A DNA stretch of 64,000 nt from Phycisphaerales bacterium (GTDB lineage: Bacteria; Planctomycetota; Phycisphaerae; Phycisphaerales; UBA1924): NCBI GenBank assembly GCA_965227775.1, contig OZ245777.1, positions 2,784,001 to 2,848,000 of the forward strand, given 5' to 3'. Under the pieces are notes generated by a model. It saw only the letters and a list, made by a program, of their open reading frames with translations. It searched no databases and was not told the origin of the DNA. The position numbers and the translations under genes are program-made. Shown piece by piece: positions 29,526 to 42,004 of the stretch (position 1 is its first letter; each line of letters begins with the position of its first letter).

Positions 29526-30089
29526 GTGCAACGTACGAAGTGGCGCCTCCTCGGCTTGATCGTCTCATTCGCCTTGCTGCCCGTCGGGTGCTCAGCACCA
29601 CCGCCCGCTCAAACGCCATTGCCTGCTGCATTCCATGCCGTCCACGGGTCGAGGATGGAGGGCTTGGTCTCCACCGAGTTCCTTATCGAACTCGGCGGCG
29701 ACCCTACGCCCGAGTTGCTGCGACTCACCTATTTGGAAGCCAAGGGCGTGCGGATCGTCGATAGACTTGAAAGCTTACGCCGAGGCGGCGCTTTTCCGGT
29801 CGCGTTTACCGTGTTCACATTCGCCGAGGGCGAAGCGATCCCGGTGTTCCATGCGGGAAGCGACAACGACGGCATCAGGCTCCAACTCATGGAGTTCGAC
29901 GGCACGCTCGCACTTGTTTACCAGATCCACACCAAGGACCCGATGATCTATGCCTGCGGCTGGTGGGACTTCTCCGAGCCCGGAGCCGTCAAGGGATGGC
30001 GGGTTCGCAGCGGCCACTGGATCAACAACGGCCAGTGCATCGAATTCACCGGCGTTGGCCCCCTGATCTGGTACGGGTTCTCGAAGTAG
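29526..30089 (+). CDS. Hypothetical lipoprotein
   Basis: GAGGAG RBS, GTG start, lipobox-like LPVGC. Confidence 0.65.
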   Translation: MQRTKWRLLGLIVSFALLPVGCSAPPPAQTPLPAAFHAVHGSRMEGLVSTEFLIELGGDPTPELLRLTYLEAKGVRIVDRLESLRRGGAFPVAFTVFTFAEGEAIPVFHAGSDNDGIRLQLMEFDGTLALVYQIHTKDPMIYACGWWDFSEPGAVKGWRVRSGHWINNGQCIEFTGVGPLIWYGFSK

Positions 30090-30170
30090 TCAGGCGGAGA
30101 CGTGCAGACAGGCCATCCGCCGCTGCTTGGATATGCTCCTCGGCACGAAGGCCACAGAAGGACCCAGATC

Positions 30171-30794
30171 ATGATCGCGCACCTCCACGGCACAATCGCG
30201 GACATCCAGAAGGGCAAGGCAACGATCGCCACCGCCTCTGGCGTGTCGTATGACGTGCTGCTGCCGCCCTACCTGGATGGCCAGATCGGCAGGGTTGGTG
30301 CCGCCGTGGAACTCTCTACCGTGCACGTGCTCGAGAGCCCCAACCAGGGCGCGACGTTCCTGCCGCGCCTCTTCGGCTTCGCGACCGCTGCCGACCGTGA
30401 GGTGTACGAGGCCATGACCCAGATCCGCGGCCTTGGGCATCGAAAGGCCTTGCGCGCGCTCGGCGAGCCGCCGTCCGAGGTCGGGGCAATGATCGCGCGC
30501 GGGGACGAGGTCGGGCTCAAGCGTCTGCCCGAGATCGGGGCCAAACTCGCCAAGACGCTCGTCGAGGAACTCGGCCAGACGTTCCGCGATAAGCTGGCGA
30601 TCGAACAGATGGAGTCGGCCGTGGAAGTGAAAGCCACGCCCAGCGACCCTCAGGCCGAGGATGCCGTGCGCGCCCTCATCGCGCTGGGCGAGCAGCCCGC
30701 CGAGGCATCACGCAAGGTCACGCTGGCGCGGCAGAAGCGCGATGACAAGGACGTCGAGGCGTCCGAGCTCGTGTCGCTCGCCCTTTCGCTCTGA
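30171..30794 (+). CDS. ruvA: Holliday junction branch migration protein RuvA
   Basis: MIAHLHGTI, GVSYDV, LFGF, HhH motifs GLGHRKAL and EIGAKLA. Confidence 0.88.
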   Translation: MIAHLHGTIADIQKGKATIATASGVSYDVLLPPYLDGQIGRVGAAVELSTVHVLESPNQGATFLPRLFGFATAADREVYEAMTQIRGLGHRKALRALGEPPSEVGAMIARGDEVGLKRLPEIGAKLAKTLVEELGQTFRDKLAIEQMESAVEVKATPSDPQAEDAVRALIALGEQPAEASRKVTLARQKRDDKDVEASELVSLALSL

Positions 30795-30827
30795 GACGTT
30801 CTCGGGAGCCCGGCATACGGTCCGCCG

Positions 30828-31973
30828 ATGGACGCACACCGCTACGCGATGGTCATGGCAGGGGGTTCGGGCACGCGTTTGTGGCCCATGAGCCGCAAGG
30901 CGCAACCCAAGCAGCTCCTGCGCTTCCTGACCGAGCCTGGAAGGTCGACGCCGAGGAGCCTCATCGAGGTGTCGGCCGGGCGGCTGGACGGCCTGGTTCC
31001 GAGCGAGCATCTCCTCGTGTGCACGCTGGAACGCTACCGCGACGACGTTGCGACCGTGTTGAACTCACTCTCGAAGGACCAAATCCTGGGCGAGCCCGTC
31101 GGGCGTGACACGGTGAACGCGGTTGGCCTGACCGCCGCCGTACTTGCGAGCAAGGACCCCCAGGCATCGTTCTGCGTCATGACAGCCGACCACGTGATCG
31201 AGCCGGTGGCGACATTCCAGGAGGTCGTCAAGCAAGGCTTCGAGCTGGTCGAGCGCGAGCCCCGCACGCTGGTGACCTTCTCAATCGAGCCAACACATCC
31301 GGCGACCGGCTATGGCTACGTGCGGCGCGGCGGCGCCATCGAAGGAACCGGCAATCTCGGCTATCACGTCGAGAAGTTCGTCGAGAAGCCGGACAAGGAG
31401 ACGGCAAAGCACTATCTCCAAGAGGGCGTCTACGGCTGGAACAGCGGCATGTTCGTGTGGAAGGCTCAGACGTTCCTCGATTGCCTGCGATCGTTCCTGC
31501 CGGCGTCACACGCCGGACTCATGGAGATCGCTCGCGCGTGGGACACCAGCGACCGCGACGCCGTGCTGCACCGGGTGTATCCGGAACTTCCAAAGAAGAG
31601 CGTCGACTACGCCGTTATGGAGCCGGCGACCACGCACGCGGCCCAGAACGCCGTCGGTGGCGCAATCTCGGTCGCGACGCTGCGCATGGACGTGTCGTGG
31701 CTCGATGTCGGGTCATGGGCCAGCTATGCAGCAACGCTTTCTGCCGATCCGAGCGAGAACCGCGTCGCCGCGATCGCCGACGAGGCGAGTGCGATTGCCC
31801 ACGAGAGCAGCGGCAACCTCGTGGTCAACAACGAGCCGGGTCACACCATCGCCCTCTTGGGCTGCGAGGACATGGTGGTCGTGCACACGCGCGGGGCGAC
31901 GCTCATCATGCCCAGCGCCCGGGCTGAAGCCCTCAAGGACCTGCACGCGACGCTTCCCGAGACGCTGATGTAA
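30828..31973 (+). CDS. Mannose-1-phosphate guanylyltransferase
   Basis: MAGGSGTRLWPMSR..PKQ, EPVGRDT, TGYGY, FVEKP, WNSGMF, SVDYAVME. Confidence 0.92.
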   Translation: MDAHRYAMVMAGGSGTRLWPMSRKAQPKQLLRFLTEPGRSTPRSLIEVSAGRLDGLVPSEHLLVCTLERYRDDVATVLNSLSKDQILGEPVGRDTVNAVGLTAAVLASKDPQASFCVMTADHVIEPVATFQEVVKQGFELVEREPRTLVTFSIEPTHPATGYGYVRRGGAIEGTGNLGYHVEKFVEKPDKETAKHYLQEGVYGWNSGMFVWKAQTFLDCLRSFLPASHAGLMEIARAWDTSDRDAVLHRVYPELPKKSVDYAVMEPATTHAAQNAVGGAISVATLRMDVSWLDVGSWASYAATLSADPSENRVAAIADEASAIAHESSGNLVVNNEPGHTIALLGCEDMVVVHTRGATLIMPSARAEALKDLHATLPETLM

Positions 31974-32509
31974 TGGGCTTCGGCCCCGCCATCACGCGCT
32001 ACATCGCCGTCGACCTTGGCGACCGGCGCACGGGCCTGGCCGTAGGCGACGACCACACCAACGTCGCCTCGCCCTGGAAGACCCTCGAGATCCCGATCGA
32101 GCACGAGGACGGTGAAAAGCTCATCAACGCGATCGAGAAGGAAGTCGCCCGTGAGTACGGCTCCAGCCCTCGCCTCGAGCTCGTCTTGGGGCTCCCACTG
32201 CATCTCGACGGTCGCGAGAGCGATCGCAGCAAGAAGGCCCGGGTCTTCGCCGAGAGGCTCGGAGCCAAGATTGGCCGTCCCGTGCACCTCGCCGACGAGC
32301 GTCTGACGAGCAAGCAGGCCGACTGGGCCATGGGCGGCTCAGGATTGACCCACCTCCAGAAAAAACGGCGGCGCGATGCCATCGCCGCTGCCGCACTCCT
32401 CCAGGGGTTCCTCGATCGTCTGGAGACCCAGGAGGCCAACGATGCCGATGAAGGCAAGAACCATGAGGCGCATCCCAATGATGACGGCGTGGGGGAAGAA
32501 GGGACGTAA
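31973..32509 (+). CDS. ruvX: Holliday junction resolvase-like protein RuvX/YqgF
   Basis: AVDLGDRRTGLAVGD, VLGLP, DERLTS, DAIAAAALLQ. Confidence 0.9.
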   Translation: MGFGPAITRYIAVDLGDRRTGLAVGDDHTNVASPWKTLEIPIEHEDGEKLINAIEKEVAREYGSSPRLELVLGLPLHLDGRESDRSKKARVFAERLGAKIGRPVHLADERLTSKQADWAMGGSGLTHLQKKRRRDAIAAAALLQGFLDRLETQEANDADEGKNHEAHPNDDGVGEEGT

Positions 32510-32513
32510 GACC

Positions 32514-33461
32514 ATGCGCATGGACGTGCTGAGCGTTGTTCTGACCGCCTCGATGCTCGTGGGCGGGCCTCTGGCGTGTGCACATCAGTCGGAGGCCGGA
32601 TCCTCCGTCGCGGTGCCGCGGGCCCAAGCCGCCGAGGCCCAGCCCGAGTACGAGACAGCCGAGGACGTGCTGGCAGCGCTTGAGGATGCCGATGAAGGAT
32701 TGCGTACCTTCACAAGCGGCATCATCTACACCACCATCACCGACCTCGGCGGCGCATTGAAGCGGCGCACGGGCCAGATTGCTTTTGCGCAGGAGCCCGC
32801 TGCGGACGGCCCGACAAACCGCCGTTTCGCAGTACGTTTCGATACGTACTTGGTCGGCGAGCGATACTTCGAGGACGATCGTGCGCTTCAGACCATTGCC
32901 TTCGACGGCCGGTTCCTGACCGAGATGCTCCACAGCGAGCAGCAGATCAACAAGCGTGAGATCGTCGCTCAGGGCCAGGACGTCGACCCCTTTGAGCTCG
33001 GCGACGGGCCCTTCCCCCCGCTACCCATCGGCCAGCAGAAGGACGACATCCTCCGCCGCTATGACGTGCGATTGGTTCCTGCGACGGAAGGCCTGGAGCC
33101 CAACGCGGACCTCGACCCCAAGGATCCGTTTGACCTTCCCGAGATCCGCAGCGCAGAGCGCCTCATGCGCTTTGCCGAGGGGTCCGTCCAACTCCTGCTC
33201 GTCCCCAGGCGCGCGAGCGCCGACGCCAAGTTCAGCGAGATCCGGCTGTGGTACAAGGCTGACGAGTCGGGCCGGTTGCTTCCGCGGATGAGCCGGACGG
33301 TTGACGCGAACTCGCGTGACGTCTCGATCGTGCAGCTCATGCACCCACTGAAGATCAACGACGCCCCTCGCGAGGATCTGCTGACAATCGAGCCTCCCGA
33401 GGGCTGGACGGTCAACGAGAGCCGCCTCAGCACCCCGACAACCGGCAGGGAACGCCCCTAA
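32514..33461 (+). CDS. Exported protein, LolA-like fold suspected
   Basis: Signal peptide; beta-rich with AFDGRFL and C-terminal INDAP..LTIEPPEGWTV. Confidence 0.6.
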   Translation: MRMDVLSVVLTASMLVGGPLACAHQSEAGSSVAVPRAQAAEAQPEYETAEDVLAALEDADEGLRTFTSGIIYTTITDLGGALKRRTGQIAFAQEPAADGPTNRRFAVRFDTYLVGERYFEDDRALQTIAFDGRFLTEMLHSEQQINKREIVAQGQDVDPFELGDGPFPPLPIGQQKDDILRRYDVRLVPATEGLEPNADLDPKDPFDLPEIRSAERLMRFAEGSVQLLLVPRRASADAKFSEIRLWYKADESGRLLPRMSRTVDANSRDVSIVQLMHPLKINDAPREDLLTIEPPEGWTVNESRLSTPTTGRERP

Positions 33462-33530
33462 GAAGTCGCTTTCCCGCAAGCCACACGCCTCGGATGGGCG
33501 AAGAACATGGGGTCGGGAGGCGTTGATCCC

Positions 33531-36140
33531 ATGATGCGAGCCCACTGGAAGAGCCCGAGAACCATGCTGGCCGCCCTGCTGGCGACCGCGGGCCTTGCCG
33601 TCGCCCAAAACCGCGTGCAGGACGACGGCATCAGCCTCTCGCCCGCCGTCGAGCGTGCTCTCGATGCGGGATACCTGACCGACGACGAGCGGCGCGAGCT
33701 GCGACTCTTCCACGGCCAGTGGACCGCCCAGGACCTCATCGAACCCGCCTTGGCAGCCCGCGCCGCGTTGCTGGCCGGCGACCTCAACCATCCGGCGCTC
33801 GACAGCGAAGATGTAAATCCGCTCGACCGGGCCGAGGCGATGATCCTCCGTGGAGACGTGCAGGCAGCACTCGAATTGATCGAGGACGACCAATCCATTC
33901 GTGCCCTCAGGCTCCGCGCGCATGGATTCGAACTGCTGGGCGATTTGCCTGCCGTTCGCCGGGCAACCGACGTTGGCATGGATCGCCTTGCCCGCGAGCG
34001 CGCCGAAGGCGCCGAAGAACTGACCGAGGGCGTGCGCCTGCTGATCATCCGCGCCCGCACCGTCGGGGTGGAACAGGGCGCCGACGACTACGGCCTGATG
34101 GTCAACCTGCTTGCCACGGTGCGCGACGAGCTGGATCGCCTGTATTGGCCGGCGCGCCTGGCCGAAGCCGAGTTGCTCGACGCACGCGACAACCGACCGC
34201 AGGCACGCGAGGCTTTGCTGGAAACGCTGTCACTGAACCCGGCCAGCGCCGCGGCGTGGCGCGCGTTGGGCCAAAGCCACGTACGCGCGTTTAACTTCGA
34301 CGCCGCAGAAGCCGTTGCCAACGAACTCGATCGCATCGCCGCCTCCGTGCGCCCGGGCGCGACGTCGCCATACGCGACGCTCATCCGCGCTCGTTCGCTG
34401 CTCCGGCAGAAGGAGCCGCGCCTGGCGGCCGAGGCCGTGGATGCCTTGCTCGCCGATTACCCCACCATGCGCGACGCGCTGGCGGTTCGGCTTGCCATCG
34501 CCGCGGTCTACCGCGATAGCGAGAAGGAGCGGGAGCTCCTGGCCAATCTCGAGGAGTTGTCTCCCGGCAGCGCGCTGCCCCACTACGAGGCGGGCCGCCA
34601 GCTCGCAGACTGGCGGCAATACGCCCCCGCCATGGCATACCTCGAGGAAGCAACCACGCGCCAGCCGTCATGGCCCGAGCCCTGGATCGAGCTGGGCCTG
34701 CTCGCGATGCAAGCAGCCGAGGACGAAACCGCCATCGCCGCCCTCGAGCGTGCAACGACGCTCGATCCGTTCAACGTGCGCGCGAAGAACACGCTCCGCC
34801 TCGCAACCGAACTCGCCAACTACGGGCGCGTCGAGACCGAGCACTTCACCATCCGCTATCGCCCCGGCCCCGACGCGGTGCTGGCCGAAGAGATGGGGCC
34901 GGTGATGGAGCAGATCCACGCGCGCATCACGGGCGCTAACAACAACGGCCTCGCCCACGAGCCCGACCGCAAGACCGTCATCGACCTGATGCCCAGCCAC
35001 GACTGGTTCGCGGTGCGCATCACGGGCATGCCCGACATCTTTACGATCGCCGCCAGCACGGGGCCCGCAATCGCGATGGAGACGCCTCGGCCAAACCCTG
35101 GCAGCACGACGCAGGGGTACGACTGGCCGCGCGTCCTGCAGCACGAGTACGTGCACACGGTCGGCCTGAGCCGCACCAAGAACCGGGTGCCGCACTGGTT
35201 TACCGAGGCCCAGGCGGTGTTCCTCGAGGACGGGCCCTGGGACGAGAACCGTGCCCGCATGCTGACGGCAGCGCTCGAAAAGGACGAGCTCTTCGCGCTC
35301 GATGACCTGAGCCTCGGATTCATCCGCCCGAAGCGGCCCGGCGACCGCAGCCTCGCCTATGCCCAGTCGGCGTGGCTGTATCAGTACCTCGTCGAGCGTT
35401 TTGGGTCAGAGGCACCGTTGGAGCTCATGGACGCGTATGCCGACGGGCAAACGCAGCGCGAAGCCTTCGAAAACGTGCTCGAGATCGACCAAGATCAACT
35501 CGAATCGGAGTTCCTCGCGTGGGCCGCGCGCCAATCGCGTGGCTGGGGGCTGCTTCCGCCCGAGCGGTATCCAACGCTCGACCAGCTCGCCCAGCAGTAC
35601 CAAGACGACACGGGCGAGGAAACACCCACGATGCAGGCGTTGCTCGAGGCCTACCCCGATCACCCGCAGCTCATCGAGGAACTCGCACGCAATCGGCTCG
35701 AGGAGAACAACGGCCGGCCTACGCCCGAGATGCGTGAAATCCTGACGCGGTGGGCGCACGCCGTGCCCGTGGCCGACGAGCCCCGCCGCTGGCTGGTGTT
35801 GCTCGCTCGCGAGGGCGGCATCGACCCCACCGACAACACAACGCTCGGCTACCTTGAGCACCTCGACGCCCGAGCCCAGTACACCGGCGCCTACGCCGCC
35901 GAGCTCGCACGCCTCTACATGCAGCGCGACGAGTTGGACAGAGCGCTCGCCAAGGCCGTGCGCGCCGTGCAGATCGAGCCGTTCGACGCGCCGCTGCGCG
36001 AGCTCGCAGCCACCGTGGCGTGGCGCGCCGGCGAATTCACCAAGGCCCGCGACCAGGTCGAAGCCTTGACCATCATCGAGCCCGACCGCGACATCCACCG
36101 CCAGCGACTCGAAGCGATGGACCAGCGGCTGCGTCGGTAA
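33531..36140 (+). CDS. Exported TPR protein with peptidase MA-like HEXXH domain
   Basis: Signal peptide, TPR helices, LQHEYVH..PHWFTEAQA. Confidence 0.85.
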   Translation: MMRAHWKSPRTMLAALLATAGLAVAQNRVQDDGISLSPAVERALDAGYLTDDERRELRLFHGQWTAQDLIEPALAARAALLAGDLNHPALDSEDVNPLDRAEAMILRGDVQAALELIEDDQSIRALRLRAHGFELLGDLPAVRRATDVGMDRLARERAEGAEELTEGVRLLIIRARTVGVEQGADDYGLMVNLLATVRDELDRLYWPARLAEAELLDARDNRPQAREALLETLSLNPASAAAWRALGQSHVRAFNFDAAEAVANELDRIAASVRPGATSPYATLIRARSLLRQKEPRLAAEAVDALLADYPTMRDALAVRLAIAAVYRDSEKERELLANLEELSPGSALPHYEAGRQLADWRQYAPAMAYLEEATTRQPSWPEPWIELGLLAMQAAEDETAIAALERATTLDPFNVRAKNTLRLATELANYGRVETEHFTIRYRPGPDAVLAEEMGPVMEQIHARITGANNNGLAHEPDRKTVIDLMPSHDWFAVRITGMPDIFTIAASTGPAIAMETPRPNPGSTTQGYDWPRVLQHEYVHTVGLSRTKNRVPHWFTEAQAVFLEDGPWDENRARMLTAALEKDELFALDDLSLGFIRPKRPGDRSLAYAQSAWLYQYLVERFGSEAPLELMDAYADGQTQREAFENVLEIDQDQLESEFLAWAARQSRGWGLLPPERYPTLDQLAQQYQDDTGEETPTMQALLEAYPDHPQLIEELARNRLEENNGRPTPEMREILTRWAHAVPVADEPRRWLVLLAREGGIDPTDNTTLGYLEHLDARAQYTGAYAAELARLYMQRDELDRALAKAVRAVQIEPFDAPLRELAATVAWRAGEFTKARDQVEALTIIEPDRDIHRQRLEAMDQRLRR

Positions 36141-36242
36141 GAGTCTGTGGCCAAAGTTCAAATGCGCTGTGGAATGCCAGCAACCTGACGTCGTTGAGCG
36201 TGACGCGCTAGATCACGTGCGCGAACTGTGCTGCACGCGAAT

Positions 36243-37220
36243 TCAGGTCGGCGCCTCGACGCTCTGGATGATCCCCTCCAGGATGCTCTCGGCTTCGCGC
36301 CCATCACCCTGCTCGAGCCCGCCGCGAACAATCAGTCGGTGGGCGACCACGGGCATGATGTTGTCCAGCACGTCTTCGGGCACAACGTAGTCGCGTCCAT
36401 CGATGAGTGCCGTCGCGCGGGCAACCTGCGTCAGTGCAAGGGCACCACGCGGGGAGAGGCCCAGGCGCAGGTCGGGCGATCGTCGCGTCGCACCGGCAAT
36501 CGCAACAACGTATTCCAGGATCTTGGCGTCCACACGCACGGCATCGACACGCGCCTGCAACTCGCTCAGTGTCTCCAGCGGCATCACCGGCTCAAGCTGC
36601 GGCAGCGCGTTGCTGGCCGGGCGGCTCTCGAGCACATGGACTTCCGTCGATGGGTCGGGGTAGCCCAGACGCGTGCGCATGAGGAAGCGATCCAGCTGGT
36701 TTTCGGGCAGCAGGTACGTGCCCTCGAAGTCGTATGGGTTCTGCGTCGCGATGACCATGAAGGGTTTGGGTAGCGGGTGGCTGGTGCCGTCGATCGACAC
36801 GGTCGCCTCGCTCATGGCCTCCAGCAACGCGGTCTGCGTGCGCGGCGTCGTTCGGTTGATCTCATCAGCCAGCACGAAGTTGGCGAAGATCGGACCGGGC
36901 TTGAACGTGAATTCGCCGCGGTCGCGGTCGTACACGCTCACACCCAGGATGTCGCTTGGCAGCAGGTCGGGCGTCATCTGCACGCGCGAGAGTTGGCCTT
37001 TGACGCTGCGGGAGATCGCCCCCGCAAGAACCGTCTTGCCCACGCCGGGCACGTCCTCGATCAGGAGGTGACCACCCGCCAGCATGGTGCGGAGCACACG
37101 GTCGATGGCCCGTGGGTTGCCCATGAAGACCGACGCGATGTTGTCGCGCAGCCTCGAGATTGGCTCGGCGCTCGGCTGGGGGTTGGACTCAGCGTTTGGG
37201 CCGTCGGCGGCTTCGGGCAT
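36243..37220 (-). CDS. MoxR family AAA+ ATPase
   Basis: EDVPGVGKT, TPDLLPSDI, LADEINRTTPRTQ, ATQNP, EGTYLLPENQLDRF. Confidence 0.95.
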   Translation of the reverse strand: MPEAADGPNAESNPQPSAEPISRLRDNIASVFMGNPRAIDRVLRTMLAGGHLLIEDVPGVGKTVLAGAISRSVKGQLSRVQMTPDLLPSDILGVSVYDRDRGEFTFKPGPIFANFVLADEINRTTPRTQTALLEAMSEATVSIDGTSHPLPKPFMVIATQNPYDFEGTYLLPENQLDRFLMRTRLGYPDPSTEVHVLESRPASNALPQLEPVMPLETLSELQARVDAVRVDAKILEYVVAIAGATRRSPDLRLGLSPRGALALTQVARATALIDGRDYVVPEDVLDNIMPVVAHRLIVRGGLEQGDGREAESILEGIIQSVEAPT

Positions 37221-37430
37221 GCGGCGCTCCATGCGGCCAGAGGATGAAGAGGGCTGGAGTTTGGTACGTGCGGACGGATCGGCTTCCCACGAGAGTGCGA
37301 GCATACGCCAGATTCGGGGCCCTGTCGGGCGGTCGAGGGACCCGCTGGGCTCGCCTCTGGGGACCAGCCCCGCTACCCTTACGCCCCTTCGACGGAGGGG
37401 AAATTTGAGACCGTCCCGATTCGCCCGAAC

Positions 37431-37957
37431 ATGACCCAAGCGACCACCCAACATCACGCCCAGGAAGCAGGCACGAGCGACTCGTGCGATGCGGTGACCA
37501 TTTCGCTCTACGGCCCGGCTGCCGTCGCGATCGGTGCTGGTGCGTCGGCCGCGGGTGCGATGTTCGCGGCATTGCTCGCACTCGCCGCGAAGGCCGAGGG
37601 CGACTCACTCATGGGCGGCGTGGTGGCGGCCATGCTGCTGGCCGGCTCTTGGATCATGGCGTGGGGTGGGGCGGCGATCACCGGCCCCTACCGCCCGGCC
37701 GTTGCCGGGATGGCCTGGCTCGCCATTTCTACCGCTCGATTGCTGGTTCTTGTCGTGGCAGGCATTGCCTTTGCCCTGGCCGCGCCAACGATGGGGCTCG
37801 GCTTGTGGCTCGCCCTGCTGGTGGGCGGGCTGACCGCGGTGGGCGTCGATTGCGCGATGGCCCTGCGGAGCTTCCGCCAGCAACTGCCTGTTTCGACTAC
37901 TCCGACGGATTCGAATGACGACGCCCACCGGGCGCGCACTAGCGGAGGCTCGCGTTG

Positions 37958-37958
<1 letters not shown>
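37431..37958 (+). CDS. Membrane protein, probable AtpI-like
   Basis: Four TM helices, immediately upstream of and coupled to atpB. Confidence 0.55.
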
Positions 37959-39380
<1,422 letters not shown>

Positions 39381-39393
39381 GCCCGCCCGAGTA

Positions 39394-39420
39394 GCGCGCA
39401 CCGGCACCGCCGGTGCGCGC
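39394..39420 (+). promoter_or_regulatory. Perfect 12-bp hairpin between atpE and atpF
   Basis: GCGCGCACCGGC-ACC-GCCGGTGCGCGC. Confidence 0.7.
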
Positions 39421-39433
39421 CCAGGAGGTCGCG

Positions 39434-40039
39434 ATGCGACGTTTGCTCCTTAACGCGTCCACATCCGTGGCGGTGCTCGCCATGCCTGTGGTCGCCATGG
39501 CCGCCGAGGAAGGCAAAAAGGGCACGGTCATCCCCGGCATCAAGGCCGGCGTGCCCATGATGCTCGCCACACTGCTGGTCTTCGGCATCGTGTTCTTCAT
39601 CCTCTGGAAGTTCGCGTGGCCGCCGATCGTCAAGGGCCTCGAAGATCGGGATCGCAAGATCCTCGAGGGCCTCGAAGCCTCCAAGCGCGCGTTGGCCGAA
39701 GCCGATGCGATGAAGGAGCGCTACGAGAGCCAGCTGACCGAGGCACGGAGTGAGGCCCAGCGCATCTTGGCCGAGACCAAGGCTCGCCAGGCCGAGTTCA
39801 CCGCGGAGCTACGTTCGAAGGCCGATGCCGAGCTGTCCCGCATGCGCGAGAAGGCGCAGAAGGACATCGACGCAGCCCGCCGTGTGGCAGTCAACGAGCT
39901 CTACGCCGAAGCAGCACGCCTCGCGACGCTCATGGCTACGAAGATCCTCGAGCGCGAGGTGAGCGAGCAAGACCAGGCCCGCCTGGTTGAGCAGGCGCTC
40001 AGCGAGTTCGAGTCCGGCCGGCAGGCCTCGGACAACTAG
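39434..40039 (+). CDS. atpF: ATP synthase F0 subunit b
   Basis: AGGAGG RBS; KFAWPPIVKGLEDR followed by a coiled coil. Confidence 0.93.
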   Translation: MRRLLLNASTSVAVLAMPVVAMAAEEGKKGTVIPGIKAGVPMMLATLLVFGIVFFILWKFAWPPIVKGLEDRDRKILEGLEASKRALAEADAMKERYESQLTEARSEAQRILAETKARQAEFTAELRSKADAELSRMREKAQKDIDAARRVAVNELYAEAARLATLMATKILEREVSEQDQARLVEQALSEFESGRQASDN

Positions 40040-40079
40040 CACCGCGACGGTTCAGGCCCTTACCCGGGAGTATCACGGC

Positions 40080-40727
40080 ATGCCGCTGCTCGAAAGCCCG
40101 CCCGACGCCCTGTCGGACATCTACGCAACCAGCCTCTACGAAGTCTGCCAGCAGGCCGGCGGCGATGCCGCGCTCAAGGAGACCCTCGACGAGCTCAGGG
40201 GCATTCTCGACATGGCGCGTGATCACGCCGCCTTCAACGAGTTTCTCGCTTCGCGCGTGCTTGGCACCAGCGAGCGAGCCACGTCGCTCCGGAAGATCTT
40301 TGAGGGCAAGGTCTCGAGCCGGACCCTGACCTTCCTGCTCGTCCTCAACGACAAGGATCGCCTCGGTCGACTTCCCGGCATCGTCCAGGCCTTCCACGAC
40401 AAGGCCCAAGAGGCCTTCGGGCAGCTCGAGGTCGACGTCCACACCGCAGGACCCATCAGTTCGGCCGATCTGGACGCCATCCGCGATCGCCTTGCCTCAG
40501 CGTTGGGCAAGGACGTGGTGGCGACGCATTGGAGCGACCCGTCGATGATTGGCGGGCTCAAGCTGCGCTACGGCGACCAGCTGATCGACGGTTCTATCGC
40601 GGCCCGCATGCGCCGGCTGCGTGATCAACTCGGCCACGACGGAGCTGCGCGGATCCGCGCTCGTGTGGGCGAGATGATCGACGCCCAAGCCTCGGCCGCC
40701 CCCGACTCTGACTGTTCCGACGCCTGA
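40080..40727 (+). CDS. atpH: ATP synthase F1 subunit delta
   Basis: YATSLYE, DPSMIGGLKLRYGDQLIDGSI. Confidence 0.92.
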   Translation: MPLLESPPDALSDIYATSLYEVCQQAGGDAALKETLDELRGILDMARDHAAFNEFLASRVLGTSERATSLRKIFEGKVSSRTLTFLLVLNDKDRLGRLPGIVQAFHDKAQEAFGQLEVDVHTAGPISSADLDAIRDRLASALGKDVVATHWSDPSMIGGLKLRYGDQLIDGSIAARMRRLRDQLGHDGAARIRARVGEMIDAQASAAPDSDCSDA

Positions 40728-40747
40728 TCCCCGGAAGGGATTCTTCC

Positions 40748-41953
40748 ATGCCGACGCGGACCATCGCCCAGACCCCCGTCGAATCGAAGCGGGCCCTTGT
40801 CCGCGTGGACTTCAACGTACCCATGGACGGGAGCGCGATCGCCGACGATCGCCGCATCCGTTCCGCGGTACCAACGATCAAGAGCGTGCTGGATCGGGGC
40901 GGTAGCGTCGTGCTCATGAGCCACATGGGTCGGCCAAAGGGCAACGGGTACGAAGCGGAATTCAGCCTGGGCCCCGCCGCCGAGCATCTCTCGAAGCTGC
41001 TCGGGTGTTCGGTCGAGTTCCCATCGCATGACTGTGTCGACGCTGAGACAGCAGCAGCCGTCTCGGCAATGAAGCCCGGCAACGTCTTGCTGCTCGAAAA
41101 CCTGCGATTCCACAAGGCCGAGAAGACCGGCGATGCGAGCTTCGCAGAGAAGCTCGCGAGCTACGGCGACCTGTACGTCAACGACGCGTTCGGCACGTGC
41201 CATCGCGCCCACGCATCGATGGTTGCTGTGCCTCGCGCCATGGCGGGCAAGCCCCGGGTCGCGGGCTTGCTTGTCGAGAAGGAAATCGAATTCCTGAGCG
41301 ACGCCGTTTCCAACCCGCGCAAGCCGATGGTCGTGATCTTGGGCGGGGCCAAGGTGTCTTCCAAGATCGGCGCTATCGAGCACCTATTGCCCAAGTGCGA
41401 CACCATGCTCATCGGCGGTGCCATGGCCTACACGTTTATGCGTGCCAAGGGCGAGCCCACGGGGACGAGCCTGGTAGAGGATGAGCACGTCGCAACAGCA
41501 GGGCGCGCGATGGCGGCGGCGAAGGCCGCGGGCGTCGACCTGCTCCTGCCCATCGACCACATGGTCGCCGACAAATTCGACCATGGCGCCCCCACCCGGG
41601 CCGAAGATCGCATCCCCGACGACGCGGTCGCGGTTGATATCGGACCCCAGACAGCTCTGGAGTACGCTCGAGCGATCCAGGGAGCCAAGAGCGTTCTCTG
41701 GAACGGACCAATGGGGATCTTCGAGTGGCCTGGGGCCGACGGCGGCACCCGGACCGTCGCTGAGGCCCTCGTGCGAGCCACCAGGGCGGGGGCGGTCACC
41801 ATCGTGGGCGGCGGCGACTCGGCCGCGGCGCTGGACTCGATGGGCTTATCGACCGATATCACCCACGTATCGACCGGTGGCGGAGCCTCGGTGGAGATGC
41901 TTGAGGGCAAGCGGTTCGAGGCCATCGAGGTGCTCGACACCACCAACGAATAG
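40748..41953 (+). CDS. pgk: Phosphoglycerate kinase
   Basis: RVDFNVP, SHMGRP, LLENLRF, NDAFGTCHRAH, GGGDS, STGGGAS. Confidence 0.97.
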   Translation: MPTRTIAQTPVESKRALVRVDFNVPMDGSAIADDRRIRSAVPTIKSVLDRGGSVVLMSHMGRPKGNGYEAEFSLGPAAEHLSKLLGCSVEFPSHDCVDAETAAAVSAMKPGNVLLLENLRFHKAEKTGDASFAEKLASYGDLYVNDAFGTCHRAHASMVAVPRAMAGKPRVAGLLVEKEIEFLSDAVSNPRKPMVVILGGAKVSSKIGAIEHLLPKCDTMLIGGAMAYTFMRAKGEPTGTSLVEDEHVATAGRAMAAAKAAGVDLLLPIDHMVADKFDHGAPTRAEDRIPDDAVAVDIGPQTALEYARAIQGAKSVLWNGPMGIFEWPGADGGTRTVAEALVRATRAGAVTIVGGGDSAAALDSMGLSTDITHVSTGGGASVEMLEGKRFEAIEVLDTTNE

Positions 41954-42004
41954 CACGCCGGACGAGCCACCTCGCTCTCCGACGGCATCGGGAGCAGGGC
42001 AGGC